Source: Octopus sinensis
Lineage: Eukaryota
Assembly (NCBI RefSeq): GCF_006345805.1
Contig: NC_042998.1
Coordinates: 70,308,001-70,372,000, forward strand
Direction of reading: 5' to 3'
Length of the DNA: 64,000 nucleotides
Under the pieces are notes generated by a model that was given only the letters and a program-made list of their open reading frames with translations, was not told the DNA's origin and did no database searches. Within the stretch, counting starts at the first letter, position 1. Each line of letters begins with the position of its first letter. Positions 38,850 through 52,929 of the stretch are shown here, piece after piece. The position numbers and the translations under genes were made by a program.

Positions 38850-41455
38850 AATGCTTTTAAAACTTCACTTTGGTCTTGACAGATGGGTCTTATTGAGCAT
38901 AGCGAAATGCAATCATCTTGGTCATTCTTCATCTTCACAGTGAGATTCAATGTCTTGAGATCAGACTTCACAACTTTTTCCCATGTCTTCTCTCTTCTAC
39001 TAGTTCCATCCACACTTAATGATTGAGACTTCTTTATACAATTATCATCACCCATAAGCATTGCAATGACCATGCTAGTACAGCCTTCTTTCTTGCACAC
39101 TACATCTGATTCCTCTTAATCCTAATTTTTCTTTTGATAAATTTGCATTTTGTTGTACATGCATATCCATCATCCCTCATCCATCAGAACATACTAGCTT
39201 CATTTCTTTCTTGTCTTTGTATGTCCTCTGCATTTGGGGCCCATGTCTTGCTGTATTTAGCATTGTATTTCATACACAAGCATTGTACGATTTGCCTTTC
39301 ACTCCAAGGGAGATACTTTTTGCTTCTAACAAAAGTAATAACTCCCTGAACGTTTTCCATTTTATTTTTATTCTATCATCTGTACCTCTGGAACCTCCTC
39401 CACTGCCAATTGGTAACAGAAAGTATCTGCTATCTCTAAGGAATGTCCTGGGTATTTGAGAGAATCTATTTGCTATATATACCTAGTATTTATTGCTGTG
39501 GCACATACAAAGTCTGCTTTCTCTCTTAATCTTCCTGTGATTCCACTGCACCTCTTGCATGTCCATAATTTGCATTGGGTACATTGTATGGAATTTCCCT
39601 ACATATTGTATCTTCCTTACATATCAAGCAGGACCATATTCTTGAAGGGATTAGAATCCTATCTGTTTTCCTGCTTTCGAGAACTTGGGATTTTGCTAAG
39701 TTGATTTTAAGGACCTTTGATTCCAAACTTTGCTTCTACACCTGGAATTTCTTTTCTAGTTCTGTAACTGATTCCATTATAAGACTGAGGTTAGCAGCAT
39801 ATATTAGTTCCCAAAGGCAACTAGTCTTGAAATCTTCTGTTATGGTCTGGGGAAGTACAATGAATAGGAGGGGACTAAGAATCGATCCCTGGTGAACTCC
39901 TATCTGTACACTAAATTTGTTACTATTCACATTGCTAACTCTTACCTCATTGACAGTGCTCCTGTATATGGTTTGTGTAGCTTATTTGATTACCTCTAGC
40001 CCTCTCAGAAAACACCTGATCGTAGAGTGAGGGGCCCTGTTGAAGGTTTTCTCCACACAATAAAATCCAGGTACATAGGCTTACTTTTAATTAAACACTT
40101 CTCCCACAGTTGTCTTACTAGAAAGTGCATGTTAGTAGTACTTCTTGGCATAAAACCAGACATTTTCTCATCTAAATTAATTATCTTCTTAATTAATTGG
40201 GCTAAAACTCTCTGTAACTTTCTCAGCCTGGTCCAGCAATTTGATAACTCTATAATTACTTCTGTCTAAGGCATTTCTTTATCCTTGCAACAGTTTATGA
40301 TGATTGCTGCTATGCTAGTCATTGGGTGTAACACCTTCCTGTATAACATGATTGATTATATGGGTGACTAGGCTGTAGCCTACTCTTCCAGATATTTTAA
40401 GCATCTCAATGGCAATTCCTAATTGACCAAGGGCTTTCTCTGTCATCATGTCCTTAGTTGCTTTATATAGCATACTGCTGTCAACAAAGATAGTTGATCT
40501 TTCTGTTGGATCCATGTTGGGAAGATCCTCTTTCTCCTTTGCATTCTTCACATTTCATAGTAACAATTCCATGTTTCTTTGTTCTCAGAATCAATAAGTG
40601 CAAATGTACCACTGTCTCTCTTCACATGTTTCTCACCTACAACATCTTGGTTCTCTCTGATACACTCTTGTAATCCAGAACACCTCATGCCTTTGATCCA
40701 TACACTGTAGAACATTGGCAAACATCTTACTGTCCACTTGCTATCTAAACCTGATGCCTAGTATCTCTCTCCTAGCTAACTGGCATTTTCCATATTTCCC
40801 AAGCCTGTCTTTTCACTTTTATAGCTCTGTCAACTTCACTCTTCCACTACGACATCACTCTTGGTCAGGCCAGGACTCTGCAGGAACCACAGATCTGGTC
40901 TGTATTCCTCAGTAGGTTGTCATTGTGAGAAATTCCAGTTTTTCACTATGCTACACATTTTTTATCTCCTCCTTTTCGTCAAATGCTTCAACAAGAACCT
41001 CTCTATATTTCTGTTTGCTGAATCTTTAAGCTCCCATATTTTCCTTTTCCAGATTGGTTTGTGTCTCTGAGTCTTTCTGAGATTTAAGTTTGTCGTCATG
41101 AGCCTCTAACCTATGTTGGATTTACATTCTTTACTTGGGAAAGACTACATTCATGAGTATCTTTTCTATCCTCTTTTCTGGTGAGAATGTTGTTAATCTG
41201 GCCTATGTGCTCACCAGATTGATAGGTGATCAGGTAGACTGGTTACTTTCTTGAGATCATCGAGGCATTGCAGATCATCGAGTCATTTGCATTTCAGAGT
41301 TCCAGCAAGCTTGTTTGTTCCTCTTTTCTAGAATCAAAGCAGTAACCTCTTTGTATGCCCTGGAATCCATTGGGCTATTGCTCAACATGTCCATTCAAGT
41401 TACCAATACCATGACAATGATTTCATTGTCATTTGTCGTCAAGGTAATCTGCAAA
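38850..41455 (-). mobile_element. Decayed RTE-clade LINE (endonuclease remnant, RT, Cys-rich insert, C-terminus)
   Basis: Minus-strand peptides VQIGVHQGSILSPLLFIV...ELIYAAN, KALGQLGIAIEMLKISG, NSIQCTQCKLWTCKRCSG, FRELLLLL; many stops and frameshifts. Confidence 0.9.
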
Positions 41456-41489
41456 AGGGCAATGTAAATATATATATCTATGTGTGTGT

Positions 41490-41701
41490 GTCTTTGTGCC
41501 TGTGTTTGTCTCCACACTACTGCTTGACAACCGGTGCTGGTGAGTTCATGTTCCTGTAACTTAGTGATTTGGCAAAAAAGATCAATAGAATAAGCACCAG
41601 GCTTATAAAAAGTAAGTACTGGGGTCGATACATTCAGCTGAAAATTCTACAAGGCGGCATCCCAGTATGGCCACAGTCTAATGACTGAAACAAGTAGATA
41701 T

Positions 41702-41732
<31 letters not shown>

Positions 41733-42068
41733 AGCACAGGAATGGCTGTGTTGTAAGAAGCTTGCTTCCCAACCACATGGTTCTGGGTTCAGTCCCACTG
41801 TGTGGCATCTCGGGCAAGTGTCTTCCACTATAGTCTCGGGCTGACTAAAGCCTTGTGAGTGGATTTGGTGGCCGGAAATCTGAAAGAAGCCTGTTGTATG
41901 TGTGTGTATATATGTATGTATTTGTCCCCCCACCAACAATTGACAACCGGTGCTGGTGTGTTTGCGTCCCCGTAACTTAGTGATTCAGCAAAAGAGAATG
42001 ATAGAATAAGTACTAAGCTTACAAAGAATATGTCCTAGAGTTGATTTATTCGACTAAAGGTGGTGCTC
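41490..42068 (+). mobile_element. Family-B SINE 3' part followed by a near-complete family-B copy
   Basis: cttgacaaccggtgctgg..taacttag..gatagaataagtac present twice; head at about 41740. Confidence 0.85.
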
Positions 42069-43699
42069 TACGATAAACTGGAGCAACTAAAAAAGGTATA
42101 CTCAAATCAGAGTTATGGCTCAGATGTTTGCAAACTAAATGTTCTTCATTAAAGGCACACAGAGGCCACTTGATGGCATTAAAATGGATTAGCAGATTAA
42201 ATCTATCAAGTAATCTCTTACCACTAATATTATCATGACATCAAACTCTATATTGTATATGATATTGGGATATCAGGCTTTGATAATGCTAATGATATTG
42301 GGATATCAAGCTTTGCAGTAATTGTTCCAGCTCTGAGTTCAGATCCCACTAAGGTCAGTTTTGCTTTCCATCCCTCCTGGATCAATAAAATAAAGTACCA
42401 GTCAAGTACTGGAACTGATGTAATGAATCTGACCCCTCAATGGAAAAGTTGGATATAAAAATGAAAATGATAAACAATGCATTTTTTAATTTACTTGTTT
42501 CAGTCATTGAACAGCAGCCATACAGGGACACCACCATGAAGGGTTTATTTGAACAAATTGACCCCAGTGCTATTCTAAGTATACTGTTAGTTCTTTTACC
42601 AAACTACTAAGTGATGGAATGCAAACAAACCTACACTGGTTGTTAAGGGGACAAATATACATAAAGGCATTCACATGCACATATTATGTGCTTCCACACA
42701 GCTTTTGTTTGGCAAATTGATTCTGAGGCATTGATTGGGCCAGAGCTGTTGGTATCATGCAGTGTGGGCTGAAACTGAAGCCAAGTGGCTTCAAACTGAA
42801 ACCCTTAACCATACCGGTACCTTTATGGAGGCAATGAGAAATGCCCGAGACCTTTGACAATATGCCATGCTTGAGAAGCAGGACCACCAAGCCCAGTGAA
42901 ATTGTAGTCATGGCAGATACTGGTCTCATGCAACTGGCACCCATGCTGGTGACACGTAAAAGCACCCTTTACACTTTTGGAGTGGTTGGCATTAAGAATG
43001 GCATCCAGCCATAGAAACCATACCAAATCAGACTGGAGTTTGGTGCAGCCCCTCAGCTTGCCAGCCCTCGTCAAACCATCCAACTCATGCCAGCATGGAC
43101 AATGGACAGTAAATGATGAGGATGATGATGATAATGATGATTATATATATGTGTGTGTGTATGTGTAATTGAATAAAAAAGTTTGCCAGTGGTCCTTCAG
43201 CAACAACAGGCTCTTGATAAACTCAGTGGCTACTACTAAGTCCAGGTCATGACAGACAGAGAGGATGCTCTTGAAGCCAAGAATTTGAACTTACGGAGAC
43301 AATATTTACATATTGCTTGAGAAAACACAACTAAATCTCATAATGCAGGGAAACGGTTGCATAATCAAATACCTGCATGCCTGGAGAACTACATTGCATA
43401 GAAGCAATTGTAGCAATTGAAAATAAATGTCCAACTGTACTCCTTCGTGTTGACTCCAAAGTTTTACAGTTATCTATTCACACATGACAGAAGCCCAAAT
43501 GCAAAAGTGGATGTGCGTATAATACTACTATTGGATAGCACAAGTGAAAATCTGAAAATGGATGAGCTTTATATTGTACTCTATTACGTGCAACCATCTG
43601 GCTCGCCAGGTCGCAGTCAAACTGACAAACCCAGCATAGAAAGCGGATGTTAAACAATGATGATGATGATGATACACACACACACACATATACATATTT

Positions 43700-43886
43700 T
43701 ATTGTGTCTGGGGAGAGTCATTCTTTTTCACTGCCTTATTATTTAACACACTTGCCAGTTCAATCTCCACTCATTTACTTATTTATAGAAAAAGAATAAA
43801 TAAATAAGTAAAAGAGTGGAAATTGAACTGGTGAATGTGTTAAATAATAAGGCACGAAAAGAGACTGACTCTCCCCAGGCACAATG
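43700..43886. mobile_element. Near-palindromic foldback MITE
   Basis: ATTGTGTCTGGGGAGAGTCA...TTTACTTATTTA mirrored by TAAATAAGTAAA...TGACTCTCCCCAGGCACAAT. Confidence 0.85.
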
Positions 43887-45446
43887 AAATATGCTTCAAC
43901 ACACGAATTTACATAAAGAATCTTGCAAGCCAAATCCAAATATAAAATATATATATATATTTATACACTCACACACTAGTAAGCACATAAATGCAAAACA
44001 GGGTGAAAAAATAGTACTCGAATACTGAGGGTAGAGTAACATGATTGTATTGAAGCTGTAAAGAAATCTTCACAAACTGTTACTCAAGAGTTTAATGTTA
44101 TCGTTTGTCAGGCAGTTGTCACCAACTTGAAACTCTGAGTAACAGTTTGTGAAGATTTTTCAGCTATAGATAGATAGATAGATAGATCTTTACTATTTAC
44201 TGCTCCTATATATATTGTTCTTATATGGCTATGAAGGATGCGCAACATCTGAGTGTACCTGATCTTGTTAAGTATAAGTGTACATGCATTATTTCAAATA
44301 TGTTTGGTAAGAAAACTACAACTTGTGGTGTGGAATTTTAATTTTGATGTATTGTGTTCTTTGATGTATTGTGCATATGATTGTGTACCTCTGTATGGAA
44401 ATATGTGTGTAAATGTGTATGAATGTGCCTGCATGTGTGCACTATCTCTGTGTAGGAATTTATGTGTATGCATGCACAGTTGTGTGTTAAGTGTGCGTGT
44501 AGTCTATGGGTGTTTTATGAGTGTACAAGCAAAAATATCCTATTGTTTTCCCCCAGCCCACTTGTATTACTTAATATTCTCATCTGAGGCCCCTATATTG
44601 TCTCCCGCCTTCTACCCTAATCCCTCATCCGGTTTGGTCCATTTTTCTGTAAAGCCATTTCAGCTTTACTCAAAAAATCCCCCTAACGCTTGTCGTTTCC
44701 AACCCCACCCAATCCCACCCTTCCCTGTAAACCTATAAACAACCAGAATGATCAACTATCTCCCTGTTATTTTTTTTGTTTGTTTGCAGGGGTATATCAT
44801 CACATGGAAACCAAATAGCGCTGTCCCGTCCGCCCCAACAACAACATCGTAATATTGACGGCAAATATATATACAAAAACGTATTACAAAAAATTATGGG
44901 TCGCGGGATAAAACCACCACCACTACTACTAGTACCACTACCACCATCATCACTACTACCACTACCACTACTACTACTACAACTACTAGTACTTCTACTA
45001 CTACTACCACTACTACTATCGTCACCACTACCCTAGCCTTTAAATGGACATCGTATACCCCGGGCCAAATCTACCATCGGCTACACCACGTACAGAAGTA
45101 CAAAAGGATGCTGTCTCCTCGGTACCTGCTGACAGGGACTCCAACCCCATCAGCTCTTCGGGGTAGATAACCACGACAACCAGACGCTTTAGCTACAATG
45201 AAAATCTGACGGATCTCTTTTGGATTACATTGCTCATTCCATACTTTCTCATCTTTGTGACTTTCACTTTGAACATTATTATTATTATTATTATTATCAT
45301 TATTGATATTTTTATTACTATTATTATTACTATTACAATCCTTCGCCTCCATGTCATCATCATCATCGTCACCTTCATCACCATCACCACCATATATTGG
45401 CACTAAAATTACAACTATACTTGTTGCTTTATGATATCATCATCGA

Positions 45447-45497
<51 letters not shown>

Positions 45498-45506
45498 CAT
45501 AATTTG

Positions 45507-45539
<33 letters not shown>

Positions 45540-45971
45540 ACTGAGTACAAATTCCACTTGAGTTGACTTTTGTTTTTCTTCCTTCTGGTGGGGGTTGATA
45601 AAATAAAGTACCGGTCAATTACTGGGATCAATGTAATCAAATATATTCGCAGGCCTGCTTTTAGAAGTAATTTGTGTTCATATCCTGCTGCAATCAACTT
45701 TTCTTTTCATCGCTCCATGAATAAGAAGATAAATGACCAGTTATGCAACGAAGTTGATGAATTCAGTTACTGAGTTACAATTTCCCTTTCAAATTGATGG
45801 CCTTTTGCTAATGTTAAACTAAATTCTTATCATCCTTACTATCAAGCACAGGCTGGATCACTAGCTATAAAACTCTGAACTAGGGAACAGTTATACAATG
45901 ACTGGTTCAGAGCCTTGTTATTCTAGGTTCAAGTACTGCAAATATTCATTTTTGCCTTTCATTTTATTGGG

Positions 45972-46012
<41 letters not shown>

Positions 46013-46438
46013 CAAAGACAATTGGCTGTATTTGACTCTAAACAACCAAATATGCTAGGTGACGCACTGCCTGTTCAAAGCAGAAAGAACTGCTAATTCC
46101 ACCACCACCACCACCACCATCACCATTACATTGATCATTCCCATTATTGATAATACTAGCATAGTTACAAGTAAATTTATTATTGTTATTGTTGTTGTTG
46201 TTGTTGTCATTGTTGATGTTAACGTTGCTGCTGTTGTTGTTGTTGTTGTTGTTCTTGTGTTTTTTGTCCTTACAAAACTCTTCATCGGTCCCTGAGATCC
46301 TTAGCTTGGCTCGTCAGTCCTGGTTGTTGCCCATACGATAGAAATGTCCCCTAGCGTACATAATGCATACTAACTGCACATGCATGTTTCTGCTCACTTG
46401 TCTTCATCCTCCTCTTCCCCCTCCTCTTCACCATCATC

Positions 46439-46476
<38 letters not shown>

Positions 46477-46504
46477 TACTATTATTAGTATTATTATAAT
46501 TATC

Positions 46505-47155
46505 AAGGCGGCGAACTAGCAGAATTGTTAGCATGCTGGGTGAAATGCTTAGCAGTATTTCGTCTGCCACTACATTCAGAGTTCAAATTCAACTTCGCTT
46601 CTCATCCTTTCAGAGTCAATCTAATCGACTGGCCTCCTTCTCCCAAATTCCAGGCCTTGTGTCTATGGTAGAAAGGATTATTATTATTATTATGCAAAGT
46701 GGTGAACTGGCAGAACTGTTAGTACACCAGGCAAACTGCTTACCATCATTTCATCCATCTTTTATGTTCTGAGTTCAAATACCGCCAAGGTTGACTTTGC
46801 CTTTCATCATTTTGGGGTTGATAAAATAAGTACCAGTTGAGTACTGGGGTCGATGTAATCGATTTATCCTTTCCCCCGAAATTGCTGGCCTTGTGCCAAA
46901 GTTTGAAATCATTATTATTATTATTATTATCATTATTATTATTATTATTTAAGGTAGTGAGCTGGCAGAATCATTAGCATGTCAGGCAAAATGCTTAGCA
47001 GTATTTTGTCCGTCCTTACATTATGAGTTCAAATTCCACCAAGGTTCACTTTGCTTCAAGGGTTGATAAATTAAGTGCCAGTGAAGCACTGGAGTCAGTA
47101 TAATTGACTAGTCCCCTCCCACCAAATTTCAGGCCCTGTATCTTTAATAGAAAGG

Positions 47156-47200
<45 letters not shown>

Positions 47201-47940
47201 GATGTCGCACAGTATACAATATCGTGAGGTTGTTGATTGAAGATATTGTCAAACTCACAATATTGTATACTTTCGTCTGCCACTACGTTCTGAGTTCAAA
47301 TTCCGCCAGGGCTGACTTTGCCTTTCATCCTTTCGGGGTCAATTAAATAAGTCAATTAAATAAGTACACACTGGGGTTGATGAAATCGACTGGCCCCATC
47401 CCCCAAATTTCAGGCACTGTGCCTTGAATAGAAAGGATTATTATTATTATTATTATTATTATCATTATTATTATTATTGTTGTTATCATCATTATTATTA
47501 TTATTATTATTAAAAGGATGGTGGATTGGCAAAATCATTAGAGCATTGGACAAAATGTCTTGAGTCATATATCTTGGCTTCTTATGTTTTGAATTCAAAT
47601 TTCGTCTTGGTCAACTTTGCCTTTCATCCTTCTGGGTTGATAACATAAAGTACCTATCAAGTACTGAGGGCAGTTTAATTGACTAAACTGTCCCCACCTA
47701 AATCTGAGGGCTTATTATATGGGGTGGTGAGCAAGTAAAATCATTAGCATGTTGCACAAAATACTGAGTGGCATTTCTCCCAGATCTTTATATGCTGAGC
47801 TTAAATACTACCGAGGCGAACTTTGCCTTTCATAGTTTTGGGGTTAATTAAAAATAAGTACTATTTGAGAACTGGGGTTGATGTAATTGACTAATCCCTC
47901 TCTATAAAAATTGCTGGTCTTGTGCCAAAATTTGAAGTCA
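46505..47940 (+). mobile_element. Head-to-tail cluster of about six family-A SINEs separated by (ATT)n
   Basis: Copies start near 46505, 46697, 46950, 47265 (partial), 47515 and 47722. Confidence 0.9.
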
Positions 47941-47980
<40 letters not shown>

Positions 47981-48220
47981 CATTATTATTATTATGGAAA
48001 TGGTGAGACAGAAGAGTGCTGGGACTAGAATATTGAAACTTGTCTACTGAAGATGCTAGTGTTCTGAAGAAGAGAATCAGTGTTTCTAGATCCCTTTTCC
48101 ATTTCTTTTTCATTCCAAAGCTTGAGATCTCATATATGCTTGTATATGAGATATATGATATATATGCATGAGTATGTACATAATTATATATATATATACA
48201 CACACATGCATATGCACACA

Positions 48221-48268
<48 letters not shown>

Positions 48269-48901
48269 TTGTCTTTACTGTTTGACTTAGATCCGCATTA
48301 CTAATAGTCTCACAGGCACAAAAATCACTTCTGCTCATTTAGATTCAATGGGACTCAGTAATGAATCAGCTATGGTTTCTGATTATCATTAGATAAGGCT
48401 CTTATTTGCCAGTTTTGGTCTTGTTTATAGAAGTTCTGATATAATTAAACATTTCAGTAAGATTTATAGAATAATGTTAGCAACTGTTAGCTTAAAATTA
48501 GCTTTAGAGATCTCTGTAGAAGGTAGAAGTATGAAAGTTCAGTTTTGTTAAGGGACAGAGACAAGGACAGCAGCTTTATGTATTGGGTGAGCAAGAGGGG
48601 CAATGATCTACTGAGCAACTGTTAACCCATTGAATGTTATCTTGTGATTCACAGTATACCTGCTCAGTATAACCTAGTACATCCTTTATTCACCCATTCA
48701 CCCAAAGTACATAAAATGCCACCTTTGTGTGTATCAAAAACTTCACATATTGCAACAACTTGTTGTTAGCCTTCCCTTTATGAGAAAATTGAAATTTCAT
48801 AATGATGTTATTAATGGAACTCACTGTTAGCTAATTTTTGAGCCTTAGTTGTTAACACTAATAAATTTTACACAAATTTAAAATTCCACTTGGACTTCTA
48901 G

Positions 48902-49021
48902 CAAAAGCAAGGGAGACTACTATCTTTTTATCAATGTTGCCTCCTATCCAGTAGCTGCCTGGCGGTTGCTACAGTACCTACCACTCATTGAATTTCTGAC
49001 TCCTCTGTGTAACCTGAACTG
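48902..49021 (+). CDS. Candidate internal exon (120 nt, phase 2 to 2): xKSKGDYYLFINVASYPVAAWRLLQYLPLIEFLTPLCNLNW
   Basis: Acceptor ccacttggacttctag|C with upstream ctaat; 39 open codons; GC content above flanks. Donor TG|gttaat is weak (alternative gtaacc at 49009). Confidence 0.4.
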
Positions 49022-49984
49022 GTTAATAAGAATAAGCATTACTCCTAACTCAATGACAATCAACTTTACTTAGAAACCATGGTTTCCTCATCACTCAGTA
49101 TCATCTTGTTTGAATGATCAGAAATGCTTTTTGCATTTGTCAAACTTTTAGTAATGCAGATCTGAGTTAAGCTGTTAATACAAATATTTAATCTTCATAA
49201 CTTGTGTTGAGTATTTTTTCCTTTTGTTTTAACTCCTATTTGTATATACATATATAAGACATTGTTGATAATGTTCCTTTTTGTGTGTTTTTGTGATTAT
49301 TTTATATTTTTAATTGTTTTGGTTGTTATATGGAATGTTTCTTAAAGGTTTCCAGGTGGAATTGATCCATCATTGCCTTCTTTTACTTCTCTGATTTTCT
49401 CATCCATATTATTAGTGCTATATACAACTTTCTGCCTGCCCTTCCCATATCTTCCAACACTGCATTTACAACAGAATGGAAGACAGAGGGAGAAAACGGT
49501 GGCAGAAAGATTGGCAGACACATGTATTCTCTTGTTGAGAGTGGGGACAAATACTGGCCTAGTGGGTGGGGGTTTCAGAGATGGTGCCGGTGATCAAAGA
49601 GCAGTTGAAAGAAGACGTTATTTGTCTGTGGTTCTCTTTACCATTAGTTTTTTAAAAATATTTTCACCAATTCTTAGACTATAATTTATCAAAGGTTTGT
49701 TATTAGATTCAATTAATTATTATCACTTACCAACCATAAACAACGACTGTCAAGTGTTATGTAGGTGTTGCACTGAGTATTCACTACACAATGTTTGTGT
49801 AGTGACAATTTGGTGGAGGGGGGGAAATACCTCTGTGAGTCCTGGAATTTTATTGTTTATTCTTAACTCCTAGTTTAACAAGCTTTTCTACCACAAATAG
49901 AATTGTTTTGGTTTACTTAATTTCCCATTTCCAGATTGTTGTTCTTGAAGTTCCTTTAAATAAAGAAAAAGAAGAAAAAATAAT

Positions 49985-50870
49985 AATACTTTCTACTATA
50001 GGCACAAGGCCTAAAAGTTTGGGGGAGGGAGCTAGCCAATTACATCAACCCCAGCGCTTATATTATTGACTCCAAAAGGATGAATGGCAAAGGTGATCTC
50101 AACCGAATTGGAACTCAGAGTGTAAAAACAAGAAATGCTGCAAAATATCTGGTCTAGCATGCTAACAATACTGCCAGCTCATTACCATTACTACTACTAC
50201 TACTATTGGTAGAATTGTTAGCAAGCTGGACAAAGTGGTTAGTGACTTTTCTTCTGGTTCTCTACATTCTGGGTTTAAATTCCATTGAGGTTGACTTTGC
50301 TTTTCATCCTTTTTGGAGTTGATAAAAGAAATACTAGTTGAAGACTGGGATTAATGTAACCGGCTTCCCCATTCTCCTTAAAAACTGCTGGCCCTGTGAC
50401 AAAATTTGAAACCATTATTATTACGATCATCATCGTCATTATTATAATTATTATTATTATTATTAGTAGTAGTAGTAGTAGTATTAAGGCAGTAAGCTGG
50501 CAGAATCATTAGCAAGCCAGGATAAAGGCATAGCAGCATTTTGTCTGTTTGCATGTTCTGACTTCAAATTCTGCCAGGGTTGACTTTACCTTTCGTCCTT
50601 TCGAGGTCGATAAATTAAGTACCAGTCAAGTACTGGGGTCGATGTAATTGACTTACCCTTCCCCAGAAATTTCAGGCCTTATGTCTTTAGTAGCAGCATT
50701 TTTATCCAGCCTTATATTCTGAGTTCAAATTCCACTAAAGCTAACTTTGTCTTTCATCATTTCAGGACCCCAATAAAATAAGTACCAATCTAGCACTGCA
50801 GTCAATATAATTGACTAGACCCTCCCTCACAAATTTCAGCTCTTGTGCCCATAGTAGAAGGGATTATTAT
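49985..50870. mobile_element. Family-A SINE cluster: one minus copy (49985-50180) and three plus copies
   Basis: Same A/B box and central motifs; (CTA)n and (ATT)n spacers. Confidence 0.85.
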
Positions 50871-51689
50871 TATTATTATTATTATTATTATTGTTGTTAT
50901 TCTTTCATAGATGCTCTTTGTACAACTTTCATCTACCGCCAATCTCAGTTGTTGCAGTGCCGTAAATTTTATTATTGTCATGGGGAAAAGGGGCTGGGAA
51001 AATTTAGTTTGTGGTCCCAATTTGGTTCCAATTTGGTGGGACCTGCTTTTCCAGTTTCTTATGTATATCCTCATAAAGAATACATGAAACCTGTTTATAT
51101 AGCTCTTCCTTTAAATTCTATGCAAAACAAAAACTAGGAAACCCAATGCCTAAAATCCTGGCCTTCACCGTAAATATTCTCATTTGTTTATCTGAACCCA
51201 ATAGCAGCAAATACTGTTAGCTCTCTATTCTGTTCATTCTGTTATTTCTCTCTTACCTATATTCCCCTCTCCCAAAGTAACCAATGGTTTCATGTGAAGA
51301 AATCTTCACAATTGTTCAAGTGTGTCACATGGAAGTATTGCTACTCATCTCTATTTTGGATGGGAATACATATATATTAAATCTATGCAAGTCCCTCTGT
51401 AATTCATTTTTGTTTTATTTTCTTTGGCCTTCCTCCCTTCCCCTCACTGCTCTCTCTTTCCCTTGTCTTCCAGCTCCTTCCTCATCCTTTCCCCCTAAAG
51501 AAACTCCCCACGACCACTGTTATATATACATATAATATTGCAATAAAAAACAACAAAAAAGAAAAAAGAAAGGCCAGTCTTCATTTCTTCACTTTTAATG
51601 ATTGTTGTTTTTATTGTTGTTGTTGTTGTTAATAATGTTGTTGATGTTGTTTTAAATCCTCAGTGCCATTTGTGCTATACATATATCGA

Positions 51690-51696
51690 TATACCT

Positions 51697-51752
<56 letters not shown>

Positions 51753-51915
51753 TATATATATACATGTATTTGTTCATACTAATCTATATCTATCTTATCA
51801 CTGTATAAGTGTGTATGTGCATGTATATGTCTTGTTATGCATAACTATATATGTATATATATGCATATATTCATATATATATATATTCATATATATATAT
51901 GCACATATTCATATA

Positions 51916-51967
<52 letters not shown>

Positions 51968-52575
51968 AATATATGCATATATCATATATATATAAATATA
52001 TGCATATATATATATATATTCATATATATATATATATATATATATACATACATATATGCATATACATATATATATATGTATATATATACATATATGCATA
52101 TGTATATATATACATATATGCATATGTGTATATATATACATATATGCATATGTATATACATATATGCATATATGTGTGTATATATGTATATATACATATA
52201 TGTGTGTATATATGTATATATATACTTATATGCATATATATATATATATATATATACATATATGCATATATATTTACATATATGCATATATATATATACA
52301 CATATATGCATATATATATATATGCATATATATATACATATATATATATATATACATATATGCATATATATATATATATATACATATATGCATATATATA
52401 TATATACATATATGCATATATATATATATATATATACATATCTGCATATGTATATGCATATATATATATATACATATCTGCATATGTATATGCATATATA
52501 TATATACATATATACATATATATGTGTATATATATATATATATGCAATATATATATATGCAATATATATATATAG
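51690..52575. repeat. Long (AT)n/(ATATAC ATATGC)n compound microsatellite
   Basis: Direct inspection. Confidence 0.95.
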
Positions 52576-52679
52576 TATATGTATGCATGTTATGTTTATA
52601 TATTTTATTTTGTGTAATTTTTCTTATAAATAGTGTCTTATGATTCATTATTAGAAACATGAATTATCCTTATTAAAAT

Positions 52680-52866
52680 CGTTAGGACATTGGACAAATT
52701 GTCTTGGTTCAGATACTTTAGCTTCTGAGTTTTAATCTGCCAAGGTCAACTTTGCCTTTCATCATTTTTGTTTCAATAAAATAAAGTACCAGTCATGTAC
52801 TGGGTTGATGTAATCAACTAATCCCCTCCCTTCAAAATTGCTGGCCTTGTGCCAAACTTTGAAATC
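52680..52866 (+). mobile_element. Family-A SINE followed by (ATT)n
   Basis: Motif match to 28944-29170. Confidence 0.8.
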
Positions 52867-52873
52867 ATCATCA

Positions 52874-52929
<56 letters not shown>

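Noticed and set aside
38850-41455. Active or domesticated LINE ORF
   Set aside because: Numerous stops and frameshifts; the longest open pieces are under 90 aa.
44790-44813. GYIITWKP as a fibronectin type III strand
   Set aside because: The frame stops 12 codons later, so the domain cannot be completed.
49373-49684. 103-aa ORF, plus an alternative frame WKTEGENGGRKIGRHMYSLVESGDKYWPSGWGFQRWCR*
   Set aside because: Several frames are equally plausible, there is no donor, no consistent phase link to other candidates, and no recognisable motif.
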